Below, piece by piece: positions 16,524-25,746 of a stretch of DNA of 64,000 bases. Position 1 is the stretch's first letter. Each line of letters begins with the position of its first letter. This DNA comes from a virus. The stretch covers positions 1 to 64,000 of IMG/VR virus record IMGVR_UViG_3300046543_000082; one strand, written 5' to 3'. Position numbers and translations under genes: made by a program. The notes beneath the pieces were generated by a model. The model saw nothing but the letters and a program-made list of their open reading frames with translations. It was not told the DNA's origin and did not search any database.

Positions 16524-17673
16524 GAGCGCCTCCGATCGCGTCGTAGTTCACCTTGTCGAAGCCGGTCGAATCCCGCTCGACTGCATGCGGCGCCACGCGG
16601 CGCACTTCGTCGGCCATGACGCCAAAGCGGCGCGTTTCCGGCGCATCCCACAGGTAGCGATAGCGATAGACCGGCAAACCGTTGTCGAGGCTTTCGTCGG
16701 TGAGTTCGATGTCCATCTTCAGGCGTCGATCGGAATAGGCACCCATGAGGCCACCGAGGGCCGCGCCCGCGCCGCTTCCATAGTTGGAACCGTTGCTGAT
16801 CATGCTGCCGAGCGCAGCACCGCCCATCGCCCCGCCCATCGCGCCCGCTGCCGGGTTCGTGTAGTACGGCGTCGTGGTGCTCGTGTTGCCGCCGTACTGA
16901 CCTTGGATCAGGTTCGAGAAGTTATTCAGCATCTGCCACGGCGCATTGATATACGACTGGTTCAGCGCCTGCTGATTGCCGCCCGTGTTGTAGAGGTTCG
17001 TCGCGGCCGAGTTGATCGAATTGACCACGTTCGGCGCGTTCGCCGAGCCAGCAAGCTGCTGCTGAGACGCCGTGTTGTAGTTGTTCGAAAGCCCCTGCGC
17101 GCCTTGCAGCATGTTGCCCATGTTCGTCTGGTACATGCTGTTCGCGAGCGTCGCATCGGTGTTGCCGAGCTGCGTCGCGAGGTTCTGCTGGTTCTGGCTG
17201 ACCGCGTTCTGATTGGCGCCCGAGCCGTACCGACCTGAAGCTTCCATTGCGCTCGTCGTCTGCGGTGCCGTCGCGGTCTGATAGGCGCGCGTGATCGAGT
17301 CGTTCGCGGCGTCCATCGCACCCGTCTGGTACGGGTTGTTCATCATCGAACCGTTGGCGAAATTCGAGAACGACGAATTGCCGGGGTTCGAGTTCAGGTA
17401 ATTGCCGTTCAGCAGGTTCTGCGTATAGCTGCCGGCCGAATTGTTGACGTTCGGCGCGAATCCGAACTGTGTCCCGTTCGCGATGTTCTGCGTATCCTGC
17501 ATCGACTGCTGCTGCATCGGCGTGAAGCCTGCAACGGAAGATGACGGGTTGCCTTGGAAGCCGGCGTACGTATTGTTCGCGTTGTTGAAAACGCTGCTCA
17601 GATACGACTGCTGCCCGGTCCAGGGAGTCGATACCGAATTGCTTGTGGTGCTGCCGCTGCCACCGGAACTCAT
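16507..17673 (-). CDS. Asn/Gln-rich pilot-like protein with C-terminal S74 chaperone domain
   Basis: YSDRRLKMDI...GL.VYRYRY.W...GVMADEV. Confidence 0.8.
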   Translation of the reverse strand: MSSGGSGSTTSNSVSTPWTGQQSYLSSVFNNANNTYAGFQGNPSSSVAGFTPMQQQSMQDTQNIANGTQFGFAPNVNNSAGSYTQNLLNGNYLNSNPGNSSFSNFANGSMMNNPYQTGAMDAANDSITRAYQTATAPQTTSAMEASGRYGSGANQNAVSQNQQNLATQLGNTDATLANSMYQTNMGNMLQGAQGLSNNYNTASQQQLAGSANAPNVVNSINSAATNLYNTGGNQQALNQSYINAPWQMLNNFSNLIQGQYGGNTSTTTPYYTNPAAGAMGGAMGGAALGSMISNGSNYGSGAGAALGGLMGAYSDRRLKMDIELTDESLDNGLPVYRYRYLWDAPETRRFGVMADEVRRVAPHAVERDSTGFDKVNYDAIGGAHVLIR

Positions 17674-18074
17674 AATGCTTTCTCCAGATAGAGATGTGTC
17701 GTTTCAAATCCCCGGCCGCGCATCCGGCGCGACCATCCGGGACGTGCACAAAGCTCCATCGCGTGACATCCGTTCGCCTTGGCCCAGCGCTCGATCGTTT
17801 CCATCGCCTGTTCCTGCCACTCGGCGGCATTCGTGCCGGTGACGATGCGGATCGTGCAGACGCGCTGCTTCGGGTAGTTCGCGAGACGGGTGATTCCGAT
17901 AGCGAATGCCGTCGGCGTCTTCCAAATCCACAACTGGTCTTCACCCGTCAAAAGACCAGCCTTGATATCGTTGGCGTCGTACTTGCCGCGATTTCTCTTG
18001 CACGCCGCTTCAATCCACGGGCGCACCTCTCCCCACACCGCTTCGATTTCGGCGGGTTGAATTCCAAAGAGCAT
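17670..18074 (-). CDS. GNAT-fold virion morphogenesis protein
   Basis: IERWAKANGC...E...RPGW.R; same position as GNAT 58393-58839. Confidence 0.65.
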   Translation of the reverse strand: MLFGIQPAEIEAVWGEVRPWIEAACKRNRGKYDANDIKAGLLTGEDQLWIWKTPTAFAIGITRLANYPKQRVCTIRIVTGTNAAEWQEQAMETIERWAKANGCHAMELCARPGWSRRMRGRGFETTHLYLEKAL

Positions 18075-18077
18075 TGG

Positions 18078-18404
18078 TTAGCCGATCAGGAGAACGTTGA
18101 AGGTGCGGTCGACGCTCGCAGTACTGGCGTGCGTAAGCGTCGCGTCGCCGTTGGCTTGCGAGGAGACGTAGAGGCTGCCGAGAGCCGCCGCCGCGTCTGC
18201 CGTCAGCGGCTGGAATCCGAAATACGTATTGGCGCCGATGCGCTTGTCGGTGACGGTCGTCGTGGTCGAGCTCGCCGTGAGCGTCATCTGAAGGACCGCG
18301 TTCAGCTTGCCGGTCAGTTGCTGGTTGACCGCCTGCGCGATCTGCCGGCGATGCTCTTTCTCATCGGGCATCATCACCGGCACGGCCGGATAACCCTTGT
18401 TCAT
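18078..18404 (-). CDS. Hypothetical tail protein
   Basis: Coupled ORF in tail operon. Confidence 0.7.
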   Translation of the reverse strand: MNKGYPAVPVMMPDEKEHRRQIAQAVNQQLTGKLNAVLQMTLTASSTTTTVTDKRIGANTYFGFQPLTADAAAALGSLYVSSQANGDATLTHASTASVDRTFNVLLIG

Positions 18405-19915
18405 CGCGACCCCGAGACATGAACCGCGTTGTCAGGGATCTCGACGCCCTGAAGGTGCGAGAAGTTGCCGCTCGTCTGGATGCGCGCGCGCAGGTAGCGC
18501 CCGTCAGCACGCACCGGACACTCGCCGTTGTCGTTCAGCGAACTCGCCGTGGTGAATGCCGGCGCATCGACAAGCCGATTGCGCACGCCGATCTGCACCG
18601 AAGGCGCCGCGCCGTCGATCATCGGCCGCGTGGTGCTCAGAAACGCCCGTTTTCCCGTGCTGCCGAATGGCTCAATCTCCACCGTGTCCGCCGTGGCGGG
18701 CGCCGGCGAGCCGGTGAAATAGGCCAGTTTGTGATCTGGCGTGAACGCGCCCATCAGGACTTGGCCGCCCGTCCACACTCGCGAATCGAGCGAGAACGGC
18801 AGCGAATCGAGCGTGTAGCCGGTGCTGTCCAGCGAGTCGAGCGAGTAGCCTTGCGTGATCGCGCGGAAGATGTATTCGGCGTTGACATCGGCCGAACCCC
18901 ACTTATTCAGCGCCCAGTTGTAGACGAGGATCGAATCGGGAATCCCGCCAGGCGCCGATGTCGACGGATACAGCCACATCACCAGTCGGTTGATCGGATC
19001 GACCGCACCAATCACGTTCTGCAGATAGGCCGTGTTCACCGTGTTCCAGAACGTCTTGTCGACGCGATCTACACCGATCGGCATCGAGGTCGAGCCATCG
19101 AACGCATAGAACCCGTCTTCACCGAGGTAATAGACCAGCGCGCCCAATTGCGTGATGCTCTTGGGTGCGGGCGTGCCGCGCGCGCCTTCAGCCGGGTAGA
19201 AGCCGAAGATCGTCGGCGAACCCTGAAACACCACCCGGAAGATGCCGCGCTCGAAGAAGATCGCGCCGTCAGACGTGCCGAGGTTGCCGACGCCACCCAT
19301 GATCCAGCCCTGATCGCCGGGGATGATCTGAGAACCCGCGAGCAGTTGCGCCTCGGTCGTGCTGCCGGCCGTCGGCCAATTGGTCGGATCGTCGAGAGCA
19401 CACCACTGCACGCGCTGCGGCTGCTGTCCGTTCGTGCCATCGAACGTATTGCCGACCATCACGAAATCCTTGATGGTCCAGATGTAGCGCGCCTGCGGTG
19501 CCGCCGCGGCGAGATCGGCAAACGCGGTGCTCGAATTGAGAACGAACGATTGCAGGTTCTGCCCCTGCGCGGCCGCGATGACGCGCTGCCCGTATTGCGT
19601 GAAGTTCCAGCGCTCGCCGGCCGGGACCGTGTAGCCGCCGCCCTTGCTGACGTTCGTGAAGGTCGTATTGCCCGGGATCAGTTCGTACAGCTTCGCCGCG
19701 TCACCCGCAAACGTGTAGTTGTCGCCGCCCGAGTCGATCGCAACCGTGGCGCCAAGGCACTGCGTGTCGAGTCCGTTGCCGCTGAACTTCGACAGCGTGC
19801 CGACCGGTCCCCACGATTCTTTCGTCTTCGGGAACAGGTTGACGAGGTTCGCGGAGGCGCCCTGCTGATTGTTGACCGGAAGGTCCGGCGCGAAATCGGC
19901 AATCGACAGGATCAT
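18401..19915 (-). CDS. Tail nozzle / stabilization protein
   Basis: 504-aa beta-rich ORF after adaptor gene. Confidence 0.7.
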   Translation of the reverse strand: MILSIADFAPDLPVNNQQGASANLVNLFPKTKESWGPVGTLSKFSGNGLDTQCLGATVAIDSGGDNYTFAGDAAKLYELIPGNTTFTNVSKGGGYTVPAGERWNFTQYGQRVIAAAQGQNLQSFVLNSSTAFADLAAAAPQARYIWTIKDFVMVGNTFDGTNGQQPQRVQWCALDDPTNWPTAGSTTEAQLLAGSQIIPGDQGWIMGGVGNLGTSDGAIFFERGIFRVVFQGSPTIFGFYPAEGARGTPAPKSITQLGALVYYLGEDGFYAFDGSTSMPIGVDRVDKTFWNTVNTAYLQNVIGAVDPINRLVMWLYPSTSAPGGIPDSILVYNWALNKWGSADVNAEYIFRAITQGYSLDSLDSTGYTLDSLPFSLDSRVWTGGQVLMGAFTPDHKLAYFTGSPAPATADTVEIEPFGSTGKRAFLSTTRPMIDGAAPSVQIGVRNRLVDAPAFTTASSLNDNGECPVRADGRYLRARIQTSGNFSHLQGVEIPDNAVHVSGSR

Positions 19916-20595
19916 GCCGCCACCATCGCCAGCGACGAGCCGGATAGTTCTTCGGCCTTGTCGCCAAGGATGAAGCTATTCAACTGCATCTGGTAGACGC
20001 CATCCCACATCGACAGCGATTCCTGGTCCTTGTTGAACCGGGATGCCGCGCGCGCACACGCCGCGAGCAGGATGGTCGGGATGATATTGGTCATCCACGT
20101 GGTCGTGTTCGATGCCGTCAACTGGCTCGACTTCTGCCAGTACGTGCCCGAGAGCGAATAGTTCGCATCCGGGTACGGGCCGAACACGAACGTCTGCCCG
20201 AGGCGCGCGTAATACTGAGGCACGCCCGATGCGGTCTGATCGGGATACTGCGTGTAGATGAATTCTGGCGTGACGCGCTGCAATTCGAACGTTTGGCCAT
20301 TCGACGAGATCAGCAGAATCTTGATGCCGAGGTAGCCAGTCGGCAGTGCCGCCGACCCGCCGTTGATCGTCTCGCTGATCGCCGCTTCGAATGCTTGAAC
20401 GCCCTTGCCCTGATTGTTCGTGAAGATGTCGCGATAGATGTCCGCTTCCGCGATCTGGATAAAATAGTCGATCCAGTTGCCGAGATCGGAGCGCGCGAAC
20501 CAGTCTTGAATGGCCTGCTTCAGCGAGAAGTAGTCGTACACGCCCGCGACGCCGGCCGGGGTGCCCGAGCCTACCGGTTGGATGAAGATCGTCAT
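19912..20595 (-). CDS. Head-tail adaptor protein
   Basis: Y..LK.AI.DW..RSDL....FI..AEA.I and G.P.YY...P.PD.NY; start at MTIFIQ. Confidence 0.75.
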   Translation of the reverse strand: MTIFIQPVGSGTPAGVAGVYDYFSLKQAIQDWFARSDLGNWIDYFIQIAEADIYRDIFTNNQGKGVQAFEAAISETINGGSAALPTGYLGIKILLISSNGQTFELQRVTPEFIYTQYPDQTASGVPQYYARLGQTFVFGPYPDANYSLSGTYWQKSSQLTASNTTTWMTNIIPTILLAACARAASRFNKDQESLSMWDGVYQMQLNSFILGDKAEELSGSSLAMVAA

Positions 20596-20603
20596 GGATG
20601 CCC

Positions 20604-22361
20604 CTATCGGATGCGGCGCGCGCGGATGAAACCGTTGATGGTCTGTGTGCTGCCACCGAAGCCCGAATTGGCGACGCAATAGACGTTGGAGGCTGTTGAG
20701 AGCAGCACGCGCGTGACTGGTGATGCGAGGGTTGGGCCGACACCTGCTGGCGTCGTCGGGTTGCTGATGACATACGCGCCCAATGCGCCCTGAGTCGCCG
20801 ATGTCGTGCTGACGCCGAGCGCCGCGCTCGTAACGGTCGTGCCGCCAGCAGGGACGAATGAAGCGACACACCCCACATCCCAATCGCCCGCGCTTAACGA
20901 CGTGATGCTCGTCGCGTTCATCGGCGTGGCGGTCGTCATGCTCGTGCCGCTCGTCGAGTTGGTGATGTACTCACCGACCGATCCCGCGTTCGCGTTGTTG
21001 TTGGTCGTGGTGCCAACGATGCCGTTAGTCTGAGACGGCGTGAGCGCACCCGTCACCAGCAAGGCGCCGCCGATCGACGCGCTATTCGTGACGCCGAGGC
21101 CCGTACCGGCCGCCGTGATCGAAACCGGGACGGATGCCCCTATCCCGGTCGACTTGACCGTAAAGGCAGTCGTGCTGTTCTGGACGAACTGCCATCCGTT
21201 CGTCGCGTTGTCAACGATCTCGTCGTTGCCGGGGTTCAGCGTGTTCGGGAACGTGCCGCTATTCGTGGCGTTGCCGTAGATGCCGACCCCCACCGGCAGA
21301 GCGATTCCGATGCCGCCGCCCGTCATGCCGCCAAGGTCAAGACCGATCGTCGCCGGACCTTTTCCCGAGAAGAATGCGTCGACCTGCTTCGAGCCGAGCG
21401 ATTGAACCCGCTGCCCGATCCACGTCTCACCGAGCGCGGCCGTGTTGACGGTGCGATCGAGGTTATAGACGCCACCGATACAGGCCGAATCGAACCCGCC
21501 ATCCACGCAGTCAAAGTCGCCGTTCGGCTCCATGAAGACGTGAGCCGCGCCGGCGGTGATCTGCCCGGAGATGATGTTCGCTGAGGGAGAAGCGAGGAAG
21601 TTGGTCGCGCCCGCCTGCGTCCCGCTCAGGAAGATGTTGCCGACCCATCCCGAAAAGTCACCTTGCCCCGCTTGCGTGCCGTAGAAGTAGTTCCCGCCCG
21701 CCATCGTGCGGCATTGCACGGAACCATTCAGTGAGCACTCGTAGCCGCTCGAATTGAACAGATACTCGGCCATGATCGCCGTTTCGGGGATCTCTGATTC
21801 ACCGCTGACCGGTTGCCCGAGCGTCGTCGACCCGGTGATGTAGTGCGCCGCGGCGAACGGCACATGCGACAGGTTGCCGTCGAATGCCGAGAGGATCGAA
21901 TTCCAGTTCCCTTGCGTCGGCGTGCTCGAAACGACGTCGTGAATCGGCGCCGAGAGATGGGCATCGGCCGACTTGACCTGGCCCGGGCCGCGCAGTGGCC
22001 CTGTGACGGCCGCGTTGGTCGCGAGCGTCGTCAGACAGGGATTGCCCGTGTACGGCAGGTAGCCCGGTCCGCCAAGCCCTTCGAGCGCCGTGATCGCGCT
22101 CGTGTCGTTCGTCGAGCCATTGCACGCCGCGCCCTGACTCTGCGGCGTTGGCTGGAACGACTGCCACTTCGACAGGGAAATGGCTGTGGTGCCGCCGGTC
22201 GCCGTGACAGTGCCAGCGCCAAGACTCGCCGCGCCCGTGCCGCCGCTACCAGAAGGCAGCGGAGTATCGAGCGTGATCGCGTGGAATCGGGGCGACGGAT
22301 AGGTTTGGGCGAGCGCCAGCAGCGGCACGAAGAGCGCCGCGATCAGGATTTTTTTTATCAT
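20604..22361 (-). CDS. Tailspike/fibre-like protein with N-terminal Sec-type signal peptide
   Basis: MIKKILIAALFVPLLALA-Q; GA.CNG.TNDT.AI beta-helix cap; C-terminal NAGSVGEY...AGDWDV...ARRIR. Confidence 0.7.
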   Translation of the reverse strand: MIKKILIAALFVPLLALAQTYPSPRFHAITLDTPLPSGSGGTGAASLGAGTVTATGGTTAISLSKWQSFQPTPQSQGAACNGSTNDTSAITALEGLGGPGYLPYTGNPCLTTLATNAAVTGPLRGPGQVKSADAHLSAPIHDVVSSTPTQGNWNSILSAFDGNLSHVPFAAAHYITGSTTLGQPVSGESEIPETAIMAEYLFNSSGYECSLNGSVQCRTMAGGNYFYGTQAGQGDFSGWVGNIFLSGTQAGATNFLASPSANIISGQITAGAAHVFMEPNGDFDCVDGGFDSACIGGVYNLDRTVNTAALGETWIGQRVQSLGSKQVDAFFSGKGPATIGLDLGGMTGGGIGIALPVGVGIYGNATNSGTFPNTLNPGNDEIVDNATNGWQFVQNSTTAFTVKSTGIGASVPVSITAAGTGLGVTNSASIGGALLVTGALTPSQTNGIVGTTTNNNANAGSVGEYITNSTSGTSMTTATPMNATSITSLSAGDWDVGCVASFVPAGGTTVTSAALGVSTTSATQGALGAYVISNPTTPAGVGPTLASPVTRVLLSTASNVYCVANSGFGGSTQTINGFIRARRIR

Positions 22362-22363
22362 GG

Positions 22364-22702
22364 TCAGGTAATCGAGACGACGCCGCCGTTGTCCCAGATG
22401 ACACCGGTCGACGCTGGCAAAGAAGTCGCAAGCGCCGTCAGGTCCGTCAACAGCACGTCGTTTAGCGTGGTCGTCTGGATGTTCAAGCCCGAGATGACGA
22501 GCTGGTAGTGACCATTGGCCGCGTAGAAGGAGAACGCGCCATTGACGTCGGTCGTGACCGGATTCGGCGCGGCAGTGATCCCGTTGTCGGAGAAGATCGA
22601 CGCGGGCGTGCCGCCTGGGAAGTTGTTGACCTGCACCAGCGCGCCAAGCACCGGCAGCCCGTTTGACCCCGCGATCGCGTTGACGTAGCGCTGCATGATC
22701 AA
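22364..22702 (-). CDS. Small beta-sandwich virion protein resembling tail-fibre N-terminal domains
   Basis: NPVTTD.NG.F.FYAANG.Y motif. Confidence 0.65.
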   Translation of the reverse strand: MIMQRYVNAIAGSNGLPVLGALVQVNNFPGGTPASIFSDNGITAAPNPVTTDVNGAFSFYAANGHYQLVISGLNIQTTTLNDVLLTDLTALATSLPASTGVIWDNGGVVSIT

Positions 22703-23004
22703 ATCTGCCCGTCGTAGGTGCGGAACGCGGCGTATTCCGGGCGCTTCAGGATCTCAAGGATTTGCTTCGCATCCTCGGGATTGAAGAAGTCGAGGCCGGT
22801 CTGCTGCCCGATCTGCATCAGGACGACCGTCGGGACGCGCATGACGTGGTGCATGTCGCCCTTGCGCGCGAGCCGCGACGACATGGCGCGCTGCTCGTGA
22901 TTGACCTTCAGAACCGCCTCGATGTCCTGCTCATACGAGACGATCATCTTTCCTTCTTCTTCGTGATACGCCGTGCGCATCCCGTCGGGGCTGTTCGTGC
23001 TCAT
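22699..23004 (-). CDS. Hypothetical head-region protein
   Basis: TGATG coupling; start MSTNSPD. Confidence 0.7.
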   Translation of the reverse strand: MSTNSPDGMRTAYHEEEGKMIVSYEQDIEAVLKVNHEQRAMSSRLARKGDMHHVMRVPTVVLMQIGQQTGLDFFNPEDAKQILEILKRPEYAAFRTYDGQI

Positions 23005-23306
23005 CAGTGCGTCATGGGAATGAGGTTGAGCGTGCCAGTCGACGACTGGTCCTGAATCGCCGCGATCTTTTCGCCCGGCGAGATCCGAATCAGAAACGGT
23101 GGATCGCTCGCCTTCACGAGCATGTCTGTACCCACGGCAACCGGAGCGGTCCCTACTGCGACATGGCAATTGCCGCCGATGGCAGACACGAGAACCGCCT
23201 GAACGGTCGAATCAAACGTCGTTGACGCGACCGACGCAGAGCCAATCGTGAGGTTCTGACCCGTGCCGGATACTGGCCGCCACGGTGAAATTGGTGCCCA
23301 TGTCAT
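23004..23306 (-). CDS. Small beta-rich virion protein
   Basis: GAGGT RBS; 100 aa. Confidence 0.7.
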   Translation of the reverse strand: MTWAPISPWRPVSGTGQNLTIGSASVASTTFDSTVQAVLVSAIGGNCHVAVGTAPVAVGTDMLVKASDPPFLIRISPGEKIAAIQDQSSTGTLNLIPMTH

Positions 23307-23321
23307 TTCGTGACCTCAAAT

Positions 23322-23347
23322 AAAAAGGGCGCCCCGAAGGACGCCCG
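23322..23347 (-). terminator. Intrinsic terminator after capsid/decoration genes
   Basis: GGGCG stem then TTTTTATTT on minus strand. Confidence 0.75.
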
Positions 23348-23367
23348 AATCGCTGCTGGATGGTTGC

Positions 23368-24075
23368 TTAGCTGAACGTGCCGACGGCGACGTTCTGCAG
23401 GGTGATAGCCGACGCGCTGGTGACAGTCACTACGAACTCGCGCCATGTTGCCGTCGCGATAGTCATCGTGCCGGTGAGCGTCCAACCGGTCGCCGTCGTC
23501 ACCGTGATCGTCTGCCCCGTGTTCGTGTTCGTGATGCGCAGACGATAGGTGGTGCCAACCGCAGGACCATAGAGCGACTGCAACAGATTGGCAGCCGTCG
23601 GCAGGTTTGCGGTGATCGCGCCACCCTGCGCGCCGGTGATCGCCAGATCAACCGAGGCTTCGCCGCCCGAAATCTGTGCGGCGTTGAGGTTTAGTGTCGC
23701 CGCGCTGGCAACGGTGTTGAACGCTGCGGTCTGCGGAGCATCCAGCAGACACGTCCACGAACCCGGATTCGCCTCGATGAAGGTTGCCGACGAGTTCGGC
23801 GGCATGGCGACGCCCGTCGCGCCCGCAATGCCATTGATCGTGTCGGCCGTGCCGGACGAAACGTTGTAGCTGTAGACCTGAACCGGATTGGCCGTGTTGT
23901 TGATCAGGAACACCTTGTCGGTGCCCGAGCCGATCTGCGGCAGTGCTACGCCGTCGCCGAAGTTGGTGCCCGCCGTAGCGGCCGTGGAAGTGTTGACGGT
24001 CGTTACGTCCGCCGTGATCTGCGTTGCACCCGCTTGCGTGCGCGTGGTGCCCGCCGTAATTACGCTGCCTGCCAT
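23368..24075 (-). CDS. Short in-frame form: 235-aa Thr/Ala-rich capsid decoration-like protein
   Basis: Internal AAGGAG-cagtc-ATG at Met547. Confidence 0.6.
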   Translation of the reverse strand: MAGSVITAGTTRTQAGATQITADVTTVNTSTAATAGTNFGDGVALPQIGSGTDKVFLINNTANPVQVYSYNVSSGTADTINGIAGATGVAMPPNSSATFIEANPGSWTCLLDAPQTAAFNTVASAATLNLNAAQISGGEASVDLAITGAQGGAITANLPTAANLLQSLYGPAVGTTYRLRITNTNTGQTITVTTATGWTLTGTMTIATATWREFVVTVTSASAITLQNVAVGTFS

Positions 24076-25713
24076 GACTGCTCCTTTGAATGTGACGACG
24101 GGGAACCCCACCGCCAGGGTTGTTTTGCCCCAGGGGGCGTTCTGTTGGCCGATCTGGATGTTCAGTCCGAGAGCCGGGCCGCTGACATTCGCGCCGCTAT
24201 GGAACAGACGCAGCGTTCCGTCACCTGCATCGACAATGAATGAATCGAAGTTCTGAGTGCTTTCCCACGAATACGCACCGGGCTGCCCAGCGCCAATTCG
24301 CCATGCCCATGTCACGCCGCCGTCGAGCGAAATGCCCTGCCCGATCCAGCGCGCAACAGCCGGATTGCCGGATTGAGTCTGCGGCACATAATCGAACGAG
24401 ATGAGGTACTGCTTGCCTTCCTGCCCAGGCGGGACATAGATAGAAGGCTCGCCAGCAGAGTCATTGCGGAACAGGCCCACGGGCGGAAGTGCAGCCGGAA
24501 TGACCGCACTTTGATCGACCCACGTCACGCCAAGGTCGCTCGACGCGAGCAACCCGAAGCGTCTGATGGAGTCGAGGCCGACGCCGCAGCACCACATCTC
24601 AATGACGTTGCTGCCCTGCCGGACGCGCAACATCGGATCGAATACACCTTGCGCCCGCCATGCACTGTTCGCCGCCGGAACGGTATTGCTGCATATCAAG
24701 CCGACTCTAGTCCACGTATGCAAGTCGGGGCTTGTCGCCCACCGTATATCCGTGCCGTTATCAGACACGTAGGCTTGGTAATACGTGCTGCCGATCAGAA
24801 TGGCGCCGCCGTTGAACGAATAGAAGCCATCCGTTCCATTCGCGAGCATCACCGGATTCGAAACGTCTGCGGTCCACGGCCCATCGATGGTCGTCGATGT
24901 CCACAGCCCGAGGTTCAGAATGTTCGAATTGGCCGCGTTCCCGTTCGTCGAATGCGCGGCAGCGGTGTAACCCGACACAAGCATCGCCCAGCGAGAATTT
25001 AGGCTGTCGTAGAACGGTTCCGGATTGGCGATGTCCGTTGCGTCCCAAGTGCCCGCTGAACCCTTGGGAATAACCGGAGCGCCGCCATTCGCCGAGATCG
25101 GCGTAAAGGCCGGCCAGTTGTAATTCAGCCCGAGCAAGGTCTGGACTTCTATAGGCCCCCAAGTGGCGTTTCCGCCTGATGGCCCGTTGACGCCCATGTA
25201 GATTCCGCACTTGGTCGCCGTCTGATAGAGCGTGGACACAAGCGATGAAACCTGCACACCGTTAACAAAGACTGTGATGTTCTGGCCCACGCAGTCGATG
25301 CGGACAGCGGTGACGGCGTTGTTAATCACCGTCGCATCGGCTATGTACATCTGATCGAACTGCGAGCCGCTCTGCTTGTTGTAGAGCGTGACGCGGTTAT
25401 ACCGAGGGTCTACCTGAATTCCCCAGTGATTGTTCGCGTCCACATAACGGAACAGAAGGACGGCGATAACGCACAGGTTGTTATCCGGCGAATACGACGA
25501 CATGGCGCATGAGACGGTGAAGTCTGATACGCCAGCGTCGAAAGTATTGGCGTTCGCATTAACCTGAATCGCCGCCTGCGCCTTCCCACTACCATTCAGC
25601 GTGAAGGCGCCGGCCGCGTTCGTGCTCCATGCTTTGTTGCCGATATTCGTCGGGCGGGATTCAACGAACGTTCCACTGGTCCCAAAGAAGTCGTCTTCCG
25701 CAAAAACGGTCAT
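23368..25713 (-). CDS. Long form: lectin-like domain + five-bladed beta-propeller glycosidase-like domain + decoration-like C-terminus
   Basis: WD...IANP, NPVM, VFDP, AGEP propeller repeats; directly after capsid gene. Confidence 0.75.
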   Translation of the reverse strand: MTVFAEDDFFGTSGTFVESRPTNIGNKAWSTNAAGAFTLNGSGKAQAAIQVNANANTFDAGVSDFTVSCAMSSYSPDNNLCVIAVLLFRYVDANNHWGIQVDPRYNRVTLYNKQSGSQFDQMYIADATVINNAVTAVRIDCVGQNITVFVNGVQVSSLVSTLYQTATKCGIYMGVNGPSGGNATWGPIEVQTLLGLNYNWPAFTPISANGGAPVIPKGSAGTWDATDIANPEPFYDSLNSRWAMLVSGYTAAAHSTNGNAANSNILNLGLWTSTTIDGPWTADVSNPVMLANGTDGFYSFNGGAILIGSTYYQAYVSDNGTDIRWATSPDLHTWTRVGLICSNTVPAANSAWRAQGVFDPMLRVRQGSNVIEMWCCGVGLDSIRRFGLLASSDLGVTWVDQSAVIPAALPPVGLFRNDSAGEPSIYVPPGQEGKQYLISFDYVPQTQSGNPAVARWIGQGISLDGGVTWAWRIGAGQPGAYSWESTQNFDSFIVDAGDGTLRLFHSGANVSGPALGLNIQIGQQNAPWGKTTLAVGFPVVTFKGAVMAGSVITAGTTRTQAGATQITADVTTVNTSTAATAGTNFGDGVALPQIGSGTDKVFLINNTANPVQVYSYNVSSGTADTINGIAGATGVAMPPNSSATFIEANPGSWTCLLDAPQTAAFNTVASAATLNLNAAQISGGEASVDLAITGAQGGAITANLPTAANLLQSLYGPAVGTTYRLRITNTNTGQTITVTTATGWTLTGTMTIATATWREFVVTVTSASAITLQNVAVGTFS

Positions 25714-25746
25714 TACTGCCCCTTATGCGCTATCGCCAGACAGCGA

